Shown: piece after piece, positions 36,574-50,723 of the stretch
Layout of the letters: every line of letters starts with the position of its first letter
Numbering within the stretch: position 1 is the stretch's first letter
Assembly (NCBI RefSeq): GCF_018350175.1
Contig: NC_058383.1
Span: 2,480,001 to 2,544,000 of the forward strand
From: Felis catus
Lineage: Eukaryota
DNA length: 64,000 nt
Reading direction: 5' to 3'
Notes under the pieces: generated by a model
Seen by the model: only the letters and a program-made list of their open reading frames with translations
Told to the model about the DNA's origin: nothing
Database searches by the model: none
Translations under genes and position numbers: made by a program

Positions 36574-37398
36574 CCCAGCCCACTCTGCAACAAAAACAGC
36601 CTTGCGGGGGCTCGGTGACCCTGGACCCAAAACACACCCACACTGGACTGGGGCCCTGGCATCCCAGCCACACCCAGAGGCCCGGGTCTGCCCCGCCAAG
36701 GCCCCGGAACGTGTTCGGGCCCGCCCAAGGACGCAGGATTCAACCTCTTCCCCCGTGTTATTTGTGCTATTTATCTCCGCCTTGAAGCCGTACATCTAAA
36801 CAGCGCGGGCCCTTGACTGCTGAGTCAGCGCCAGAGCTAAAACTCATAAAATCCTATTTCAAAAAGGTCCAATGATTTTATTTTCCGACCATAAATATGA
36901 AATTTAATTAGCAGCTTGCTGCTAATGAAGTCGCCATGGAAGCCGGCCTGAGGACACAGAGCAGAAGAGAACGCCCACAGTACACGGAGCCTGCGGCCCT
37001 GTTAGCTCTTGCCTCGCCCCCTGCCCTTGGCCAGGTCCCCTGAGGCCTGGAGAGCCATCGACAGCCTTTGACCTGGAAGGACAGGGGGCCGCTGGCTCAG
37101 AGAACGGGAAGTGGGTCAGATGTCCCCTCTGGGCTGGTGGGAAGTCCTGGGCTCATCTCCACATCAGTGCTTAGAAAGAGCCCCGTTACTCTGCATCACG
37201 GGACATCAGCGGCAGAACAACGTGGGGGTATCCGCACTTGACCGAACACTAGAAGCCCAACTCCTCGCTCCTCCAACCACCCCGGGGCCTCGGTTTATGT
37301 TCTGTAAAATGGGAATCTATAAATAATCTGGAAACAGTTTATCTAGGCGTAATGCTCACGGCGGGTGGAATGTTAGCGATGATTAAACGTATTTCTAA

Positions 37399-37616
37399 TT
37401 TTTTTTTTTCAACGTTTACTTATTTATTTTTGGGACAGAGAGAGACAGAGCATGAACGGGGGAGGGGCAGAGAGAGAGGGAGACACAGAATCGGAAACAG
37501 GCTCCAGGCTCCGAGCCATCAGCCCAGAGCCCGACGCGGGGCTCGAACTCACGGACCGCGAGATCGTGACCTGGCTGAAGTCGGACGCTTAACCGACTGC
37601 GCCACCCAGGCGCCCC
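37399..37616 (-). mobile_element. Young felid SINE (SINEC_Fc-like) inside a MIR
   Basis: CpG-rich consensus copy; TSD tgattaaa(c/t)gtatttctaa at 37380-37398 and 37617-37635. Confidence 0.96.
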
Positions 37617-40453
37617 TGATTAAATGTATTTCTAAAGCACGTGCCTGGGATACAGCCGGCGCTTGGGGAATGGGAGCCTGCGTTATCACCAGCCTTGTAC
37701 GAGTTCGTTAGTTAAATCCAAAGTCCAGAACTCACTACGCTCCGAGGTGCTGTTGAGAAGAAACGGAGTATTTCAAGCGCCATCCAAGAAGCTGAAGTGA
37801 GAACACAGAAAACTCGGTCCACAGGTCGGTGCTGAAGTCACGTGAACATCAACCACAATGCGTCGTGCGTCACCTTGTCTAAAACCCGGGTGTGCACGCG
37901 CCACGCCAGGATATGTCCTTCCCACGTGCAGAGGTCACGGCCACGCACGTGCCCACGCACGGACTTCCCAAACACGGATACCTGTTAGACGTGAGCCACG
38001 CTCCCTCCGGACGGAATCTACAGCACGCAACTTCAGACTTAGTTCGCAGTCAAGGCACACAATATCACACTCCAGAAAAAAGTTTACGGCAGAAGGCAAT
38101 AGAGTTTTGAGGGTTGTTTTCCTTCTTGCCTTTTTTTTTTTTTAATTGAAGTGTATTGCCATTCTGCTGGCATTTGAGTTCTTGAATAAGTAGGAACAGT
38201 GCATGTTTCAGCGCCCTGTGGCTCTGCGGGGTCACGGCCCTAGGGTCACGGCCGAGATTTCTGGGATGCCGGAGCCTGAACCCCCTCAGGTGCAACCGTC
38301 AGCCCCAAGAGGCGCAGCCGGCTTTAGGGATTAAATGTCGCGGGCGCGCTATGCTGTGTCCACCCGATCCCCTCGTCCCCTTTTACCGCGTTTAGCACCG
38401 TGGTCCCCTCTCCACCACAGGCATCGGGTGATCTCCCCCGTGAGGAACCGTCCGGGCTCCTGGGCTGAAATCCCTCAGAGATCAATGCCGCCTGGGCGCC
38501 CACGGCATCGGCACCACCTGGAGCTGGTCGGACCTGCAGCTCTCCAGACCTCTTCTTCAACGTTCTGACTCAGAGCCTGCGTTTTAATGAGCTCCCTGGG
38601 TGACACACAAACACGCACCGGCCGGTGCCCTTCTAACCCAGCGCTCACTGTCTGCAGAGATGCCGTGTGCCTATTCACTCCCCTTCGGAGTCTTCTGGAA
38701 CGTTTGTCTGACACTGTGCTGCTCTCTCCTGGCTCACGCCCTGCCTGGCCTCTGATGGAGCTTCTGACTTTGCATTCTGGCTCAAAGCATTCGAGTTTCT
38801 TATGGGCGGCTAGGTGCCAAGGAGGACCACGTCTTCACACTTTACCCCTCCGTGGCCCTCGCTTTGCCGTGGCCTTGCTGTTGGCCCTAGACGCTCGTGC
38901 ATGTGATATGACACGTCGGGGGCACACTGGCTTCATTCCTGACCAACAGCATCACTGGAAGCAACGTCTAAAGCTTGGGGATCTGGGCTCGGCCACCCGC
39001 TGCCTACCTCTTCTTCCCCCAGCCACCTTCTTCCACTTGTAAGAACGGTGTTCCCTTGTAGCTAGTCCCGCAAAGCGAAGGAAGGATTCTTTTGCAAAGT
39101 AAGGATTCGGCCCCACAGCTATTGCTTATAAACTTCTAATATTTCATACAACAAGACCTGGGGGGCGTACTTGAAGTCTTATTTGTGGACAGGGTGCCCC
39201 ATGACTGCTCCTTCCAATAAATCCTAAATCGCTGCCCATCTGTAATTAATCCCTTCTCATCTGGCTTCGGTGCATTCGGATCAGTCATCAGGTATGTGGA
39301 AAGTAACACATTACACATGGCAGCAAAAATGTGAAACAGTTACAAGGTGTGAGGAGATGTTTGCAACTGTTTGTAGACATTGCAACAGGTGGCTCAGGAT
39401 GACCCTAATGGAAGATCAACTCGGGGAGCTAAACCTCATGACTGCTCTGGCTTTTCGCCTGGACGCACCTTACGCAGCGTGGACGGCAGGTTGGAGCTCA
39501 GAGCCCGGCAGCTGCACCAGAGCGGGGGGGAGGCAGACATCAGAGTTCAGGGCTGTTGAGGTCTGCAATGTGAGAGGACGGAGGCCGAGGGGAACTACAC
39601 AGGGCGTGGCTAGATATTAAATTGCGCCCACGCAGGCAGGACCCCGTGAGCTGGGCAGAGAGCAACTACCACGGGACTGTGACCTGAGAAGGTGCAGATG
39701 ACACATAGGGCTGAGATGCTGGAGTTTAAACTAGCCACACTGGAGAGACTTCACTGAGTTAGGGACCCAGAAAGTCTGTATCTTAGGAATAGGCCTACTC
39801 TAACTTCAGAATAAAGGCGACGCCAGAGGCACCTTACCAACCTTAACAATAAATTTCAAAAGGATCAGGCCTATTCATACATAAATTGTTTGCCAGGCCA
39901 TAGCTTATCACAAATTACAGACAATCAAACCCAGAAACTTGGTATCCACGAGGACCAGAATTCAAGAAAAAATTTTAGCAGACATGTGCGTAAGCTGACC
40001 AATTTACCTCATACCCAGAAGGGGAAAGAAACCAGTCAATGGAAACAGATCCAGAAATTACAGTCTGCACATCAAGACCTTAAAGCAGCTGTCATTCACA
40101 GGTCAAAGATTTAAAGAAAACATGGACATAATGATAAAACAGATTATGAAACAAGAAATAAATGAAAATTCTAGATGTTAAAAATTAGAATATAAAGTTA
40201 TAAATTCAGATAGGCGGGTTTAACAACCACTTGGACCCTGCAGAATATACAGTAAACTTGAAAACAGGGCAACAGAAACTCTACACCTGAGGCACAGAGG
40301 GGGAGAAAAGGCTAAAAATGCCGAAGAGAGAATGAAAAAACTTGCTATGGGATCATAGCAAGTGATCTACCATTATGTAATTGGAATCCCAGAAGGAGAA
40401 GAGAAAGAGAAATTGTAGAATAGAAACTATGTTTTTAAATGTTTCCATATTCA

Positions 40454-40628
40454 GGGCACCTGGGTGGCTCAGCAGACTCAGCGTCTGACTCTTGGTTTCC
40501 ACTCAGGTCATGATCTCTTAGTTTGTGGGTTCAGGCCCTACATCAGGCTCTGTGCTGACAATGCAGGGCCTGTTGGGATTCTGTCTCTCTCCCTTTTTCT
40601 CTGCCCCTCCCCTGCTTGCATTGGCTTC

Positions 40629-40666
<38 letters not shown>

Positions 40667-40694
40667 AAAATAAATAAACTGTAAAAATAAAATA
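40454..40694 (+). mobile_element. Can-SINE (SINEC) inside L1
   Basis: TSD aaatgtttccatat on both sides. Confidence 0.93.
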
Positions 40695-40997
40695 AAATGT
40701 TTCCATATCTGATGAAAAATATCAACCTACGGGTTCAAGAAACCCAGTGAACTCGAAACAAAATGAACACAAAAGTGTACATAGTCATATCTCAAACAAA
40801 TTGCTAAAAATTGAATATAAAGAGAAGAATGTTAAAAAAACAAGGAAGATACATTCTACACCATGCAACAGTGGTAAGAATTACTGTTCATTCCTCATGG
40901 GAAACAATGTGGAGAAGAAACCAGAACCGTATCTTTAAAGACTTAAAACAAAAATAACAACCCGTTGTGCCCCTTATAACACATGTAGAAAATACAT

Positions 40998-41211
40998 GGG
41001 GCGCCTGGGTGGCGCAGTCGGTTAAACGTCCGACTTCAGCCAGGTCACGATCTCGTGGTCCGTGAGTTCGAGCCCCGCGTCGGGCTCTGGGCTGATGGCT
41101 CGGAGCCTGGAGCCTGTTTCCGATTCTGTGTCTCCCTCTCTCTCTGCCCCTCCCCCGTTCATGCTCTGTCTCTCTCTGTCCCCAAAATAAATAAACATGG
41201 AAAAAAAAATT
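40998..41211 (+). mobile_element. Young felid SINE (SINEC_Fc-like) inside L1
   Basis: Consensus copy; TSD tagaaaataca. Confidence 0.96.
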
Positions 41212-44200
41212 TAGAAAATACAGGCCAATAACATCACAAGATGACTTTACACTAGATGCAAAGCGACAGAAATACGAGGTAGGTTGTGGTGAGCTAAAGA
41301 TGCATTTTATAAACCATAGAGCAACTGCACATTCACAGGAATAAAACAAAAGAAGTAGGCCTACAAGTCAACAGAGGAGATAAAACAGAATACCAAAAAA
41401 GACTGACTTGATTAATCCTTTGGTTAATCCAGTGAAAGGCAGAAAAGGAGGAAAAATGAAACACAGAATGGATGCATCATAACGACAACACTCAGATGGT
41501 AAACGTAAATGAACTAAACACTTCAGCTAAAAGGCAGAGATAAATAAAAAGGCATTAAAAAACATTAAAAAAAATGATGATGGAGGCCCTTCATCCAGAA
41601 GCTAGGACGGTCCTAAACGTGTACGCATCTTACGACAGAGGTTCAAAACACACGAGGGAAAAAATGGACAAAACTGGAGGGAGGATTAGAGAAATCTACA
41701 ATTGTAGTTGGAGATTCCAACACTCCTCTCGGTAATTTTTAGGACAAGCAGACACAAATCAAGGATACAGAAGACTGGAACAACACTATCAAGCCACTTG
41801 ACCTAAAGGACATTTACAAGACACGACAGCTGACAAGTTGTAGGACACCTGAGAATATACACGCTTTTCAAGCGTGCATAAAACATGCACCGAGACCTTC
41901 GGCTGGTCCATAAGACAAGTCTCGATAACTTTAATAGATTTAAAATTATGTAAAATATCTTTTCTGGCAAAAAGGAATTAAATCAGAAGTTGATAACGAA
42001 AAATCCCCAGATATCTGGAAATTAAATGACACAGTCCTAAATAACCCACTGCTCAAAGAAGTGAAAGGGGAATTTTGAAAATATTTGAACTAAATAGAAA
42101 TAAACACACAGTATCAAAAATTGGTGGCCGATGGCTACAGCAAGGCTTCGAGGAAATTTATAAATTTAAAGGCTTATATTAGAAAAGAAGAATGATTTAA
42201 AATTAATGACCTAAATTTCGACATTAAGAAGCCAGAAAAGTCGAAGTAAGTAGAGGGAAGGAGACAATGAAAATGAGTAGAAAACAATTAAAATGGAAAA
42301 TATAACAGCAATGTGGAAAAAGCAGTAAAATAAATTCTTTGAAAAGACTAACAAAATTGATAAGGCTCTAGCTAGACTAAAAAAAAGAAAACAAAATAAT
42401 CAATATCAGGTATGTAATTAGAGATCCACCAGGCACTGAGAGGATATGATGGGAATATTACGGAAAACTTTATGCCCACACATTCTACGCATAGATGATA
42501 AGGACAAAAATTATGCAAAACACACAAATTCCCAAAAGTGACATAAGAAGAGACAGTTTGAGTTAGCCTATCTATTTAAGATTTTGAAGTCATTATTGGA
42601 AAGTCTCCCACAAAGAAAGCTCTAGATTCCTATGGCTTCACTGAATTCTACCAAACACTTTAGGCAGAAATAACACCAATTTTATATAAACTCTTTCATA
42701 AAACAGAGAGAGAAGTAATATTATTCCCCATCTCATTTTATGTGTCCCAAATTATGCTGACCATAATGAAGACAGTGCAAAACCAAATGAAGACATTACA
42801 GGAAAAGACAATTAAACAAAACAAAACAGTATCCTTCATGAATATAGATGCAAAAATTCTGACTGTGATTTTTGCACAAAATTTCAGAAATATATACAAA
42901 GGATAACACATCATGACCAAGTGGGGTTGATGCTGGGAATGTAAGGTCGGTTCAACATTCAAGAAAATCAACCAAAGTAATTCATCCTATTAAGAGACTA
43001 AAGCGGAAAAAAGCCATATGATTATCTCAACACACGCAGAAATCATCTGGCAAAATTCAACACTCATTCATATTAAAAACCCTCCACAAACTAGCATAGA
43101 AGGAACTGCCCTCAACCTGATAATAGCTAGCATCATACTTGATGACAAAAGGTGAAATGCTTTTCCTCTAAAGTTGGGAACAAAGCAAGGATATTCCCAT
43201 GAACCGCTTCTATTCAGTAGTATACTGGGGGTTTCTAGATGGTGCGATAAGGCAAGAAAAATAAAGGAAATGAAGATTAAAAAGGAAGAGGTAACCTGCC
43301 ATTATTTGCACACGTCATGATTGTGTACAGACAAAATACAAAGGAATCTATAAAAAACCTACTAGAGTCGATATCAATAATAAGTACTTATAATTAATCA
43401 CAAATTTAGCAAGGACACAGGATGCAAGGTCAGTATACAATAATAAAAAAAAAAAAAACCCTAATATCAAAAAGTCTAAAATACTGCAGATTTAAATACA
43501 ATGAATGATACAATGTCCGCACTGAAAAACTACAAAGCATTGCTGTAAAATAAAATAAACCCTAAACCAAATGGAGAGGTAATGTATCATGGTCCCAGAT
43601 AGGAAGATTCTTCAATGTGGTTGAGATGTTAAGGTGTCTGTTAGGTGGAAATTTACCTATGACTTCAATACATTTCAATCAAATACCAGAAAGCTTTTTG
43701 GTATGGCATGAACTAACTAATTCTAATGTTTATATAGGAAGGCCAGGAACAATTTTGGGAAAAAAAAAAGAATGAAATTGGAGGAACATGATATAAATTA
43801 ATATATATTAATTATATATATTTATCTATTATGCATATGTTCTCTATTACATTATTGTATAATACGTAGTTACATTATAAGTTATATATATAGAGATAGA
43901 TATAATTTCAAGACTTACTGTCAAACTATAATCAACAAGACAGTGTGTTTTGTTTATAAAGACAGGCAAAAAATCAACGAAAGAGAACAGTGGGTCCAAA
44001 AAAGATCTACAGCTACATTGCCAGTTAATTTTTGGCAAAGACAGCAAAGTAATTCAAAGGTGGTGGGAAAGTCTTTTCAGTGATTGTTGCTGGGGCAGCT
44101 GGATATCCACATGGAAAAAGATAATCCTCCTACCCGGACACTAACATTAACTCAAGACAGACCACCGATACAAACCTAAAATCCCAAACTGTGATGTTTG

Positions 44201-45221
44201 TAGAAGAAAATATAAGAACGCCTTGAAGTGGGCCCAGATTTCCTGGACAAAATCCAGAAAGCACTAACCACAAAACTGAAGAAAGAAAAAAAAACAATCA
44301 ATAACCTTCATCGAAAGAAAAACAAAAACAAAACCTTGAAAACCCGCCCATTAAAAACACTAGTAGGAAAATGAACAGGGAATCCGTGGACTTGGAGGAA
44401 ACTGTTGCCATAGATAGGCCCCCAGATGAAGGACTGGTACCCGGAACATGTGAAGAAAAGAACCCCTCAAACCAAAACTAAACAGTAACGGGTCAAAGAG
44501 TAGACGGAAGGCCTGGGCACCCATTTCAAGAAGGAACACATACAGCTAAACGCATGAGAAAGCGCTCACGATGGCTAGTCAGCAGGCGACTGCAAATCCA
44601 AAGAGCACGAGGGAACACCGCACGTCCAGTAGAACGGCCAAAATACAGATGCGAGGACGCCGTATGTGGGGAAGGTGCGAGAAACGAGAACTCATACCCA
44701 GCTGCTGGGCTGCCAAAGAGCTTCCACTTTGGAAGGCGGTCTAGCAGCTCTTGCAAAATTAAACATGCCCTCGTCCTCTGACCCAGCACAGACCTAGGGG
44801 CCTAGGACTCTCGGTATTTACTCAAGTGGCGGAGAACACGTCTGCACAAAGACGGGCGCGTGAATGTTTAGTACGGCTTTGCCCGTGAGAGCAGAAAACC
44901 GGAAGCAGTCCAAATGCCTGTCAACAGGACGATGGATAAACCATCTGTAGTTAAGAAAAAGGAAAACAGAGGATCAAACGCACGGCATGGGCAAATCTCA
45001 AAAACGTGCGGAGCGAAGGGAGCCAGACGCGAAGAATTACGCGCCGTAGGATTCTCGCGAGGTGAAGTTCTCACGCAGGCAAGGCCATCCGACACAGCAG
45101 AAGTGGGAGCAGTGGCTACGTCCGCTGGGAAAGGTAGGCACTGACGGGCAAGCACACGAGGGCACTTGCTGGCTGGGGGTTGGAAAGGGTTTATATTTTG
45201 ATGGGGTATGGGTTACCTTTT

Positions 45222-45444
45222 GTTTTCTTTTTTTAATGTTTATTTATTTTTGAGGGAGAGAGGATGGGCACGAGTGGGGGAGGGGCAGAGACAGAGAGAG
45301 AGAGAGAGACACAAAGAGAGGGAGAATCCCACGCGGGCTCCACGCTGTCAGCACAGAGCCCGACGCAGGGCTCCAACTCACAAACTGAGATCGTGACCTG
45401 AGCCAAAGTCGGACGCTCAACTGATTTAGCCACCCGGGCGCCCC
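45222..45444 (-). mobile_element. Can-SINE (SINEC)
   Basis: T tail, (GA)n, ggcgcccc head. Confidence 0.92.
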
Positions 45445-46690
45445 TGGAGGACAGTACTGAACCCACTATGGTATGCCCTCTGGTCCCCAGAATTCATATC
45501 CATCCCACTTGCAAAACACATTCCCCCACACCAGCACCCCGCTAAGTGTTGAACCGTCTCCAGGAGCCCCCCGGTTAACATGCACACGTCACCTGGGACG
45601 AGAGGCTGAACCCGGCAATTCTCTTCTGGGTTGGTCCCAGTGGAAAGCTATAACTGACCTTGAAAGGCTCAGGGATCCCGGTCCCGGGCAGAGAAGAGAC
45701 AAGGGAGGCAAGTTTCATTCAACACAGGTGAGATGGCAGGGAACAGCCCGTATCGGGGTCTGGGATGGGCAGGCCCAGGCCACAGATGTGCAGCAAATGC
45801 ATACTTTTCTGCATTAAAATTCAAAAGAGCAACGTGGGGGCTCATTCAGGCCACCGTCCCATCGGACGCAGAGGGCACTTCCCGAGGGTCTTGGGAGGAA
45901 GTTTCTGGCAGCCATCCTGGATTGGTATCTGACCCCCTGGGAGGCACGACTAACATGTGTGGGGCCCTGAGAACCTGGGAACACGCCCTGACACTTGCTA
46001 ACTCCACAGGAAGGTGGGGGGTATGTGCCCCGGGAGAAGGTCGCATCCACAGAGAGAGCCAGAGGTCAAGTCAAAGGCTATTTGAGCAGGGTAGACAATT
46101 GAGCTCGGGCTGGGGCCACCCCCTGCAGGTTTAGGAGCTGGCTCTCAGTAAACCCGTCCCTGACACGCCCTAGCAGCCCCCCTCCCCTTTCTCCAGGCCA
46201 GAGGAACCCATCCTACCACCAAATGCTCCCAGGCCTTAAGCCTCCTTCACCTTGTACCATCAAAGTCGGCTCTCAGAGCGGAAACAGACTGCCACCTTCT
46301 CACAGCGCCCCTGGGATACAGATATTCCTGGTCACGAAATGATCATGAATTCCCCACCCAGAGTAACCCCGCGGGGCGGCTGAGCCCCATTCACACACGA
46401 GCACAGACCCTCCAACACCAAGGTGCCGGCTGCCGGCTCCATCATGTTTCAGCTCCTTCACGAACACCTGTTTTGGGAGAGCAGACATCGCTATTCCTAA
46501 CAGGGATTTCAAACATCGGGGATCTGACTGCATGTGTGTGTCGGGGGCGGGGAGAGCTGTTCTGCAAACAGGGCGCCTCGAAACCACAGCGCTGTTTATA
46601 TGTGAGAAAAACACGGTTAGAGGGTTGGGCTGCAGTGGGTTCTACGCGTGGTGCCTTTGCCGGACGGAAGCTTGGAGGTCTGCAAGAAGG

Positions 46691-46932
46691 TTTTTTTTTT
46701 TTTTTTTTAAATTTTTTTAATGCCTTTTTATTTATTCTTTGAAGGAGAGAGAGAGAGAGAGAGAGGCAGAGCATGAGCGGGAGAGGTGCAGAGAGAGAGG
46801 GAGACAGAATCCGAAGCAGGCTCCAGGCTCCGAGCTTTTAGCACAGAGCCCGACGCGGGCCTCGAACCCACGGACTGTGAGATCGTGACCTGAGCTGAAG
46901 TCGGACGCTCCGACGGAGCCACCCAGGCGCCC
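46691..46932 (-). mobile_element. Can-SINE (SINEC)
   Basis: Consensus structure; TSD ctgcaagaa. Confidence 0.94.
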
Positions 46933-46979
46933 CTGCAAGAACGTCTTAAGGAGCCTCATCAGAAACGCCCATTCTCTTT

Positions 46980-47365
46980 TGGTGTAACTGCATGGGCTCC
47001 AGCTGCCGTAACTGAGCCCACCAGCTGGGGGGTTGCCCAACAGACATTAATATCTCGCAGTTCTGGAGGCTCGAAGTCCGAGGTCAAGGTACCAGCAGGA
47101 ACGGTTTCCCGTGAGACCCTCTTCCTGGCTTCCAGACGGCCGGCCGCCACCTCAGTGTGTTCGCGCACAGCCTCCCCGCTGTGTGTCCGCATCCCTGGTG
47201 TCTCCTCCTCTTATTCGAGGAGACTCAGCCCATGGGGTCAGAGCCCCACTTTTGTGATCTCGTGTAACCTTAATTAGCTCCTTACAGGACCGTCTCCAAA
47301 TACAGTCGCAAGGGGGCTCGGGCCGTGGACGTGGGCAGGGGGGACACAATTCAGTCCAACACGGT
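46980..47365 (-). mobile_element. MaLR LTR (MLT1A/B-like)
   Basis: cagttctggaggctcgaagtccgaggtcaaggt; tctccaaatacagtcgca; ggggacacaattcagtcca. Confidence 0.82.
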
Positions 47366-49149
47366 AATTCAGCACGCCACTTTTCTGTCTTCACAGGACG
47401 TGTGAACCAAATTTGTTAAACAGAGGGGACTTTGCCGGTGACAGGCGCATGAAGAGTCCTCCTAGCAACACCGCCATTGCTCAACATTTCGCGGGACCTT
47501 TCCGGTTGCTCCCAGTGACGCTTTATAAGCCATGGTCCCGAAGCTTGAACAACAAGCCCAAAGGGGAAGGATTCCAGTCCTTTTGTGCGCGGTGACACTG
47601 TCACTGGAGAAGCTGGGGCCCACACAGCAGCCCTGCCCGAGAACTTGGGTTCCCCATGTCCTTGCATCTGCCCACGCTGGTCCCTGTGCCTACAAGGCAG
47701 ATTCCCAAGGCAGGAGGGCAGAGGCACAGCCTGAGAATGTGCATGTTTAATGGGGCGCTGGCCCGCAGGTCGCATCTTGAGTGGTAAGGCCTTTTGTCCC
47801 TTTGTCGGTCACCAGCAGCAGGCATCAGCCACGGGAGTAAACCTGCAAAGGCTGCCTCTCACGTAATCCTTGGGACACCCGAGTGAGGAAGATTTTGGGA
47901 TCACGTGCACTTGACCGAGACCCGGCATCTGGAGACAGAAGGTGACTTGTCCAAGGTCACTGGCAGTGAGCGATACGGCCAGGATTGGAACCCAGGTCAG
48001 GTAACATGCTCATTGTCCTACCACCTCCCTTTAAACACCAGGTGATGTGAGATTAACCTGTTTTGTTTGTTTTTTTTTTTTTTGGTTTAATCTCTCCCCT
48101 TCCTGCCTTCAGCAAGCCAGCTGGGATGAAAATCTATCACAGAAGGACAGAAAGGGGGACACGGGAACACATCAAGAATAGCAAAACAGAGTTAACAAAG
48201 ACAGAGGTGACTTTTTCAGGTCTCCTATCACCGGCCGTGATTAATTTACAGCTTTTTACATGCTAATGTTTTCCTGCCTTCTGCCAGTAATAAATAACCA
48301 ATATGCTTTAATACCTCGTTATTATTCATCCCCTTCAGATATTTGGATTTTGATTCTTCACTGCCGTTCAATCACATTGAATTTCTTTAACCAGGACAGC
48401 TCCATTAAGAGTCCCCTCCAAGGACATCCTGGCGGGGCGGTGACAATAATGGATAATGGGTGACAAGAGAGAGAGTGGGGAGCTGCCACACGAAATATTA
48501 GCAGCCGTGGGGAAAGAGGGGGAAGTCGTCATGAAAAACACCAACAAACTACATTTAAGTAACGCTGGGGTTGTGACCCAGGCCAATAAAACCAGGAGGA
48601 CGTACAGTCACGGCTGACGCGCCATTCGTAACGTGCCTTCCTCTGCTGGTTTCTCCAGCGGGGACGTGGACCCGCTTCACCACCTTCCTGACGCGGAGGG
48701 CTCCCCTCGCGCACCGGCCTGGGCCGAGATGGCCCGCCAACTCGACCCGTGTACTGCAGGAAGCTACTTGGAGCTCTCTCCCTCTTCACCCCCTCAACGT
48801 GTTTTTCAAGCAACGAAGAAGGCTAAGCCTACGAGCCAAAGCTGGTTAGAAGGGTCATTTCCTTCTGCAACTTGTCCTTCTTCCCAGGACTCCAGAACTC
48901 TCTGGCTCGCCCTCCATTCCACACACGACAACTCCCGTTCTCTCGGGCCGGTTGAGGACTGGACAGCACGAGCTCCATTCTGCGGCTGCTCCAAGAGCGT
49001 GGGCATCACACCCACGGTCTCAGGCACCTTGACCGTGAACGGTCACCCGGGCCTTCAGCGGCCAATGTTCTGCCTTCTCAGGCCTGCCCACGCCCTCCAG
49101 GGCAGCATCCCCGGAGATGTTTCCAGCACAAGGAACCCTTCCCCACGGG

Positions 49150-49610
49150 GCAGCGCTTCTAAACTTTCTCGAATCCGTTTGGTGTCCGGGACCACCTCCA
49201 GGATGATGTTTTTTTTTGACACGCACGACATAACATACAGAGGATCACAAAGCGAAAGCATTATGTGAAAACATCAAGTATTTTAAAGATTATGATCTTC
49301 TAATATGTGTGCTTCCTTATTAACGCATCCAGTAAGATCTAGCACCGGGGTATAACAGCTCCCTTGATTTCGAAACAGGGACATGCAGATAATACTTCGA
49401 GGTACCTATAATACCCGTGACGGGACACGAAAATATTTGCGATTTCTGTTGGTGACAACGTTAAAAATGCCGCCGATACCGCTGGGGCTTGTCTCCTGAA
49501 CTCAGAATGAAAGGAAATGCTGACCTTTCATTAGAGTTGACAAAAATAAAGATGTAATTTCTTCCAGCTGCGTTCGCGGGCTCTCGAACTCCATCCACGG
49601 ATCCCAGGGT
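49150..49610 (+). mobile_element. hAT-Charlie remnant, MER119-like (second copy)
   Basis: gtgtgcttccttattaacgcat...aagatctagc; gatttctgttggtgacaa; aaggaaatgctga...aaataaagatgtaattt. Confidence 0.7.
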
Positions 49611-49929
49611 GGGGGCCGCGCTGGGCTCCCGGTGAAGCAGCCTGCCCCGGGGCCACGCCCTCCTGTTTCCTTGTGAGCAGGTGCAGGACCCCCAAGGCAA
49701 GGGACCCCGTCTGTCTTATTTGCGACAGCAACATGAACACGAGGCCTGGCAAAGCGCCTGGAAGATCTGCGGCTGCAGGAGAGATTCCTGATGGACGAGC
49801 GGCGTGGGGACAACCTTGCTCCGCATCTGTGCGTGGCATTTCGGGATGGCTCCCCGAGAAGAGCGGGGAGCCCGGGGTGTTCACCTGGGCCTCTGTGCGG
49901 ATTCGCTCAGCCAACACCATACACATTTA

Positions 49930-50360
49930 TTTATTCTCGTTGCGCTCTACATATCATAAAACCTACCACTTCGAGGGTACGATTCGAGGCGTTTTGGTAC
50001 ATCCACAAGGTTGTGTAACCATACCATCTGGTTCCAGAACGCAGTCATCGCCCCTAGGCAGAAGCCCTGTCCCCGTCAGCTGTCCCTCCCCATCCTGCCC
50101 CTCCCCCCCGCAGCCCCTGCCAACCACTGCTCTGCTCTGTCCCCATGGAGTCCCACTTTGGACGCGTCATGTACGTGGAATCCTACACTCTGTGGCCTTT
50201 TGTGTCTGGCTTCCGTCATTCAGCAGAATGTCTTGGAGGTACACCCACGCAGAAGCGTGCCCCAGTACTGGGTTCCTTTCGTGGCCGAGTGTAGTGCACT
50301 GTGTGGACAGACCACGTTTTGGGTGTCCATTCATCTGTTGACAGACGTCTGGATTGTCAA
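49930..50360 (-). mobile_element. L1M 3' end fragment
   Basis: cacaaggttgtgtaaccat; ggaatcctacactctgtggccttttgtgtctggctt; tccattcatctgttgacagac. Confidence 0.8.
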
Positions 50361-50510
50361 CAGATGCTTAGCTGGCACCAGCATGTGCCAAATCTAACTC
50401 AAGGCAAGCAGGGACCCTGCCCCCACCTGGGTCCGCACAGCAGGCCCCGAGGCCAGACTCTAGGGTTGGGATCCCTCAGTTTCCCCGCCTGAGGTCATGG
50501 GGAGGCTTTA

Positions 50511-50723
50511 TTTATTTTTTTTATTTTTTTTATTTTTGGGGACAGAGAGAGACAGAGCATGAACGAGGGAGGGGCAGAGAGAGAGGGAGACACAGGATCG
50601 GAAACAGGCTCCAGGCTCCGAACCATCAGCCCAGAGCCCGACGCGGGGCTCGAACCCACGGACCGCGAGATCGTGACCCGGCTGAAGTCGGACGCTTAAC
50701 CGACTGCGCCACCCAGGCGCCCC
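50511..50723 (-). mobile_element. Young felid SINE (SINEC_Fc-like)
   Basis: Perfect 15-bp TSD catggggaggcttta at 50496-50510 and 50724-50738. Confidence 0.96.

Larger units (their letters stand above)
39850..45210 (+). mobile_element. Long decayed L1 (ORF1 and ORF2 remnants plus 3' end), no intact ORF
   Basis: RT motif catcatgaccaagtggggttgatgctgggaatgtaaggtcggttcaacatt (HHDQVGFIPGMQGWFNI-like) near 42909; endonuclease motif attgtagttggagattccaacact near 41701. Confidence 0.92.

Noticed and set aside
37399..37616. tRNA-like A/B boxes, and the peptide shared by ORFs at 37352 and 40888
   Set aside because: tRNA-derived SINE heads and translations of SINE consensus, not tRNA or protein genes.
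43796..43813. 18-bp palindrome aattaatatatattaatt
   Set aside because: Low-complexity AT tract inside L1.
39850..45210. Active full-length L1
   Set aside because: Many stops, frameshifts, deletions and nested SINEs.
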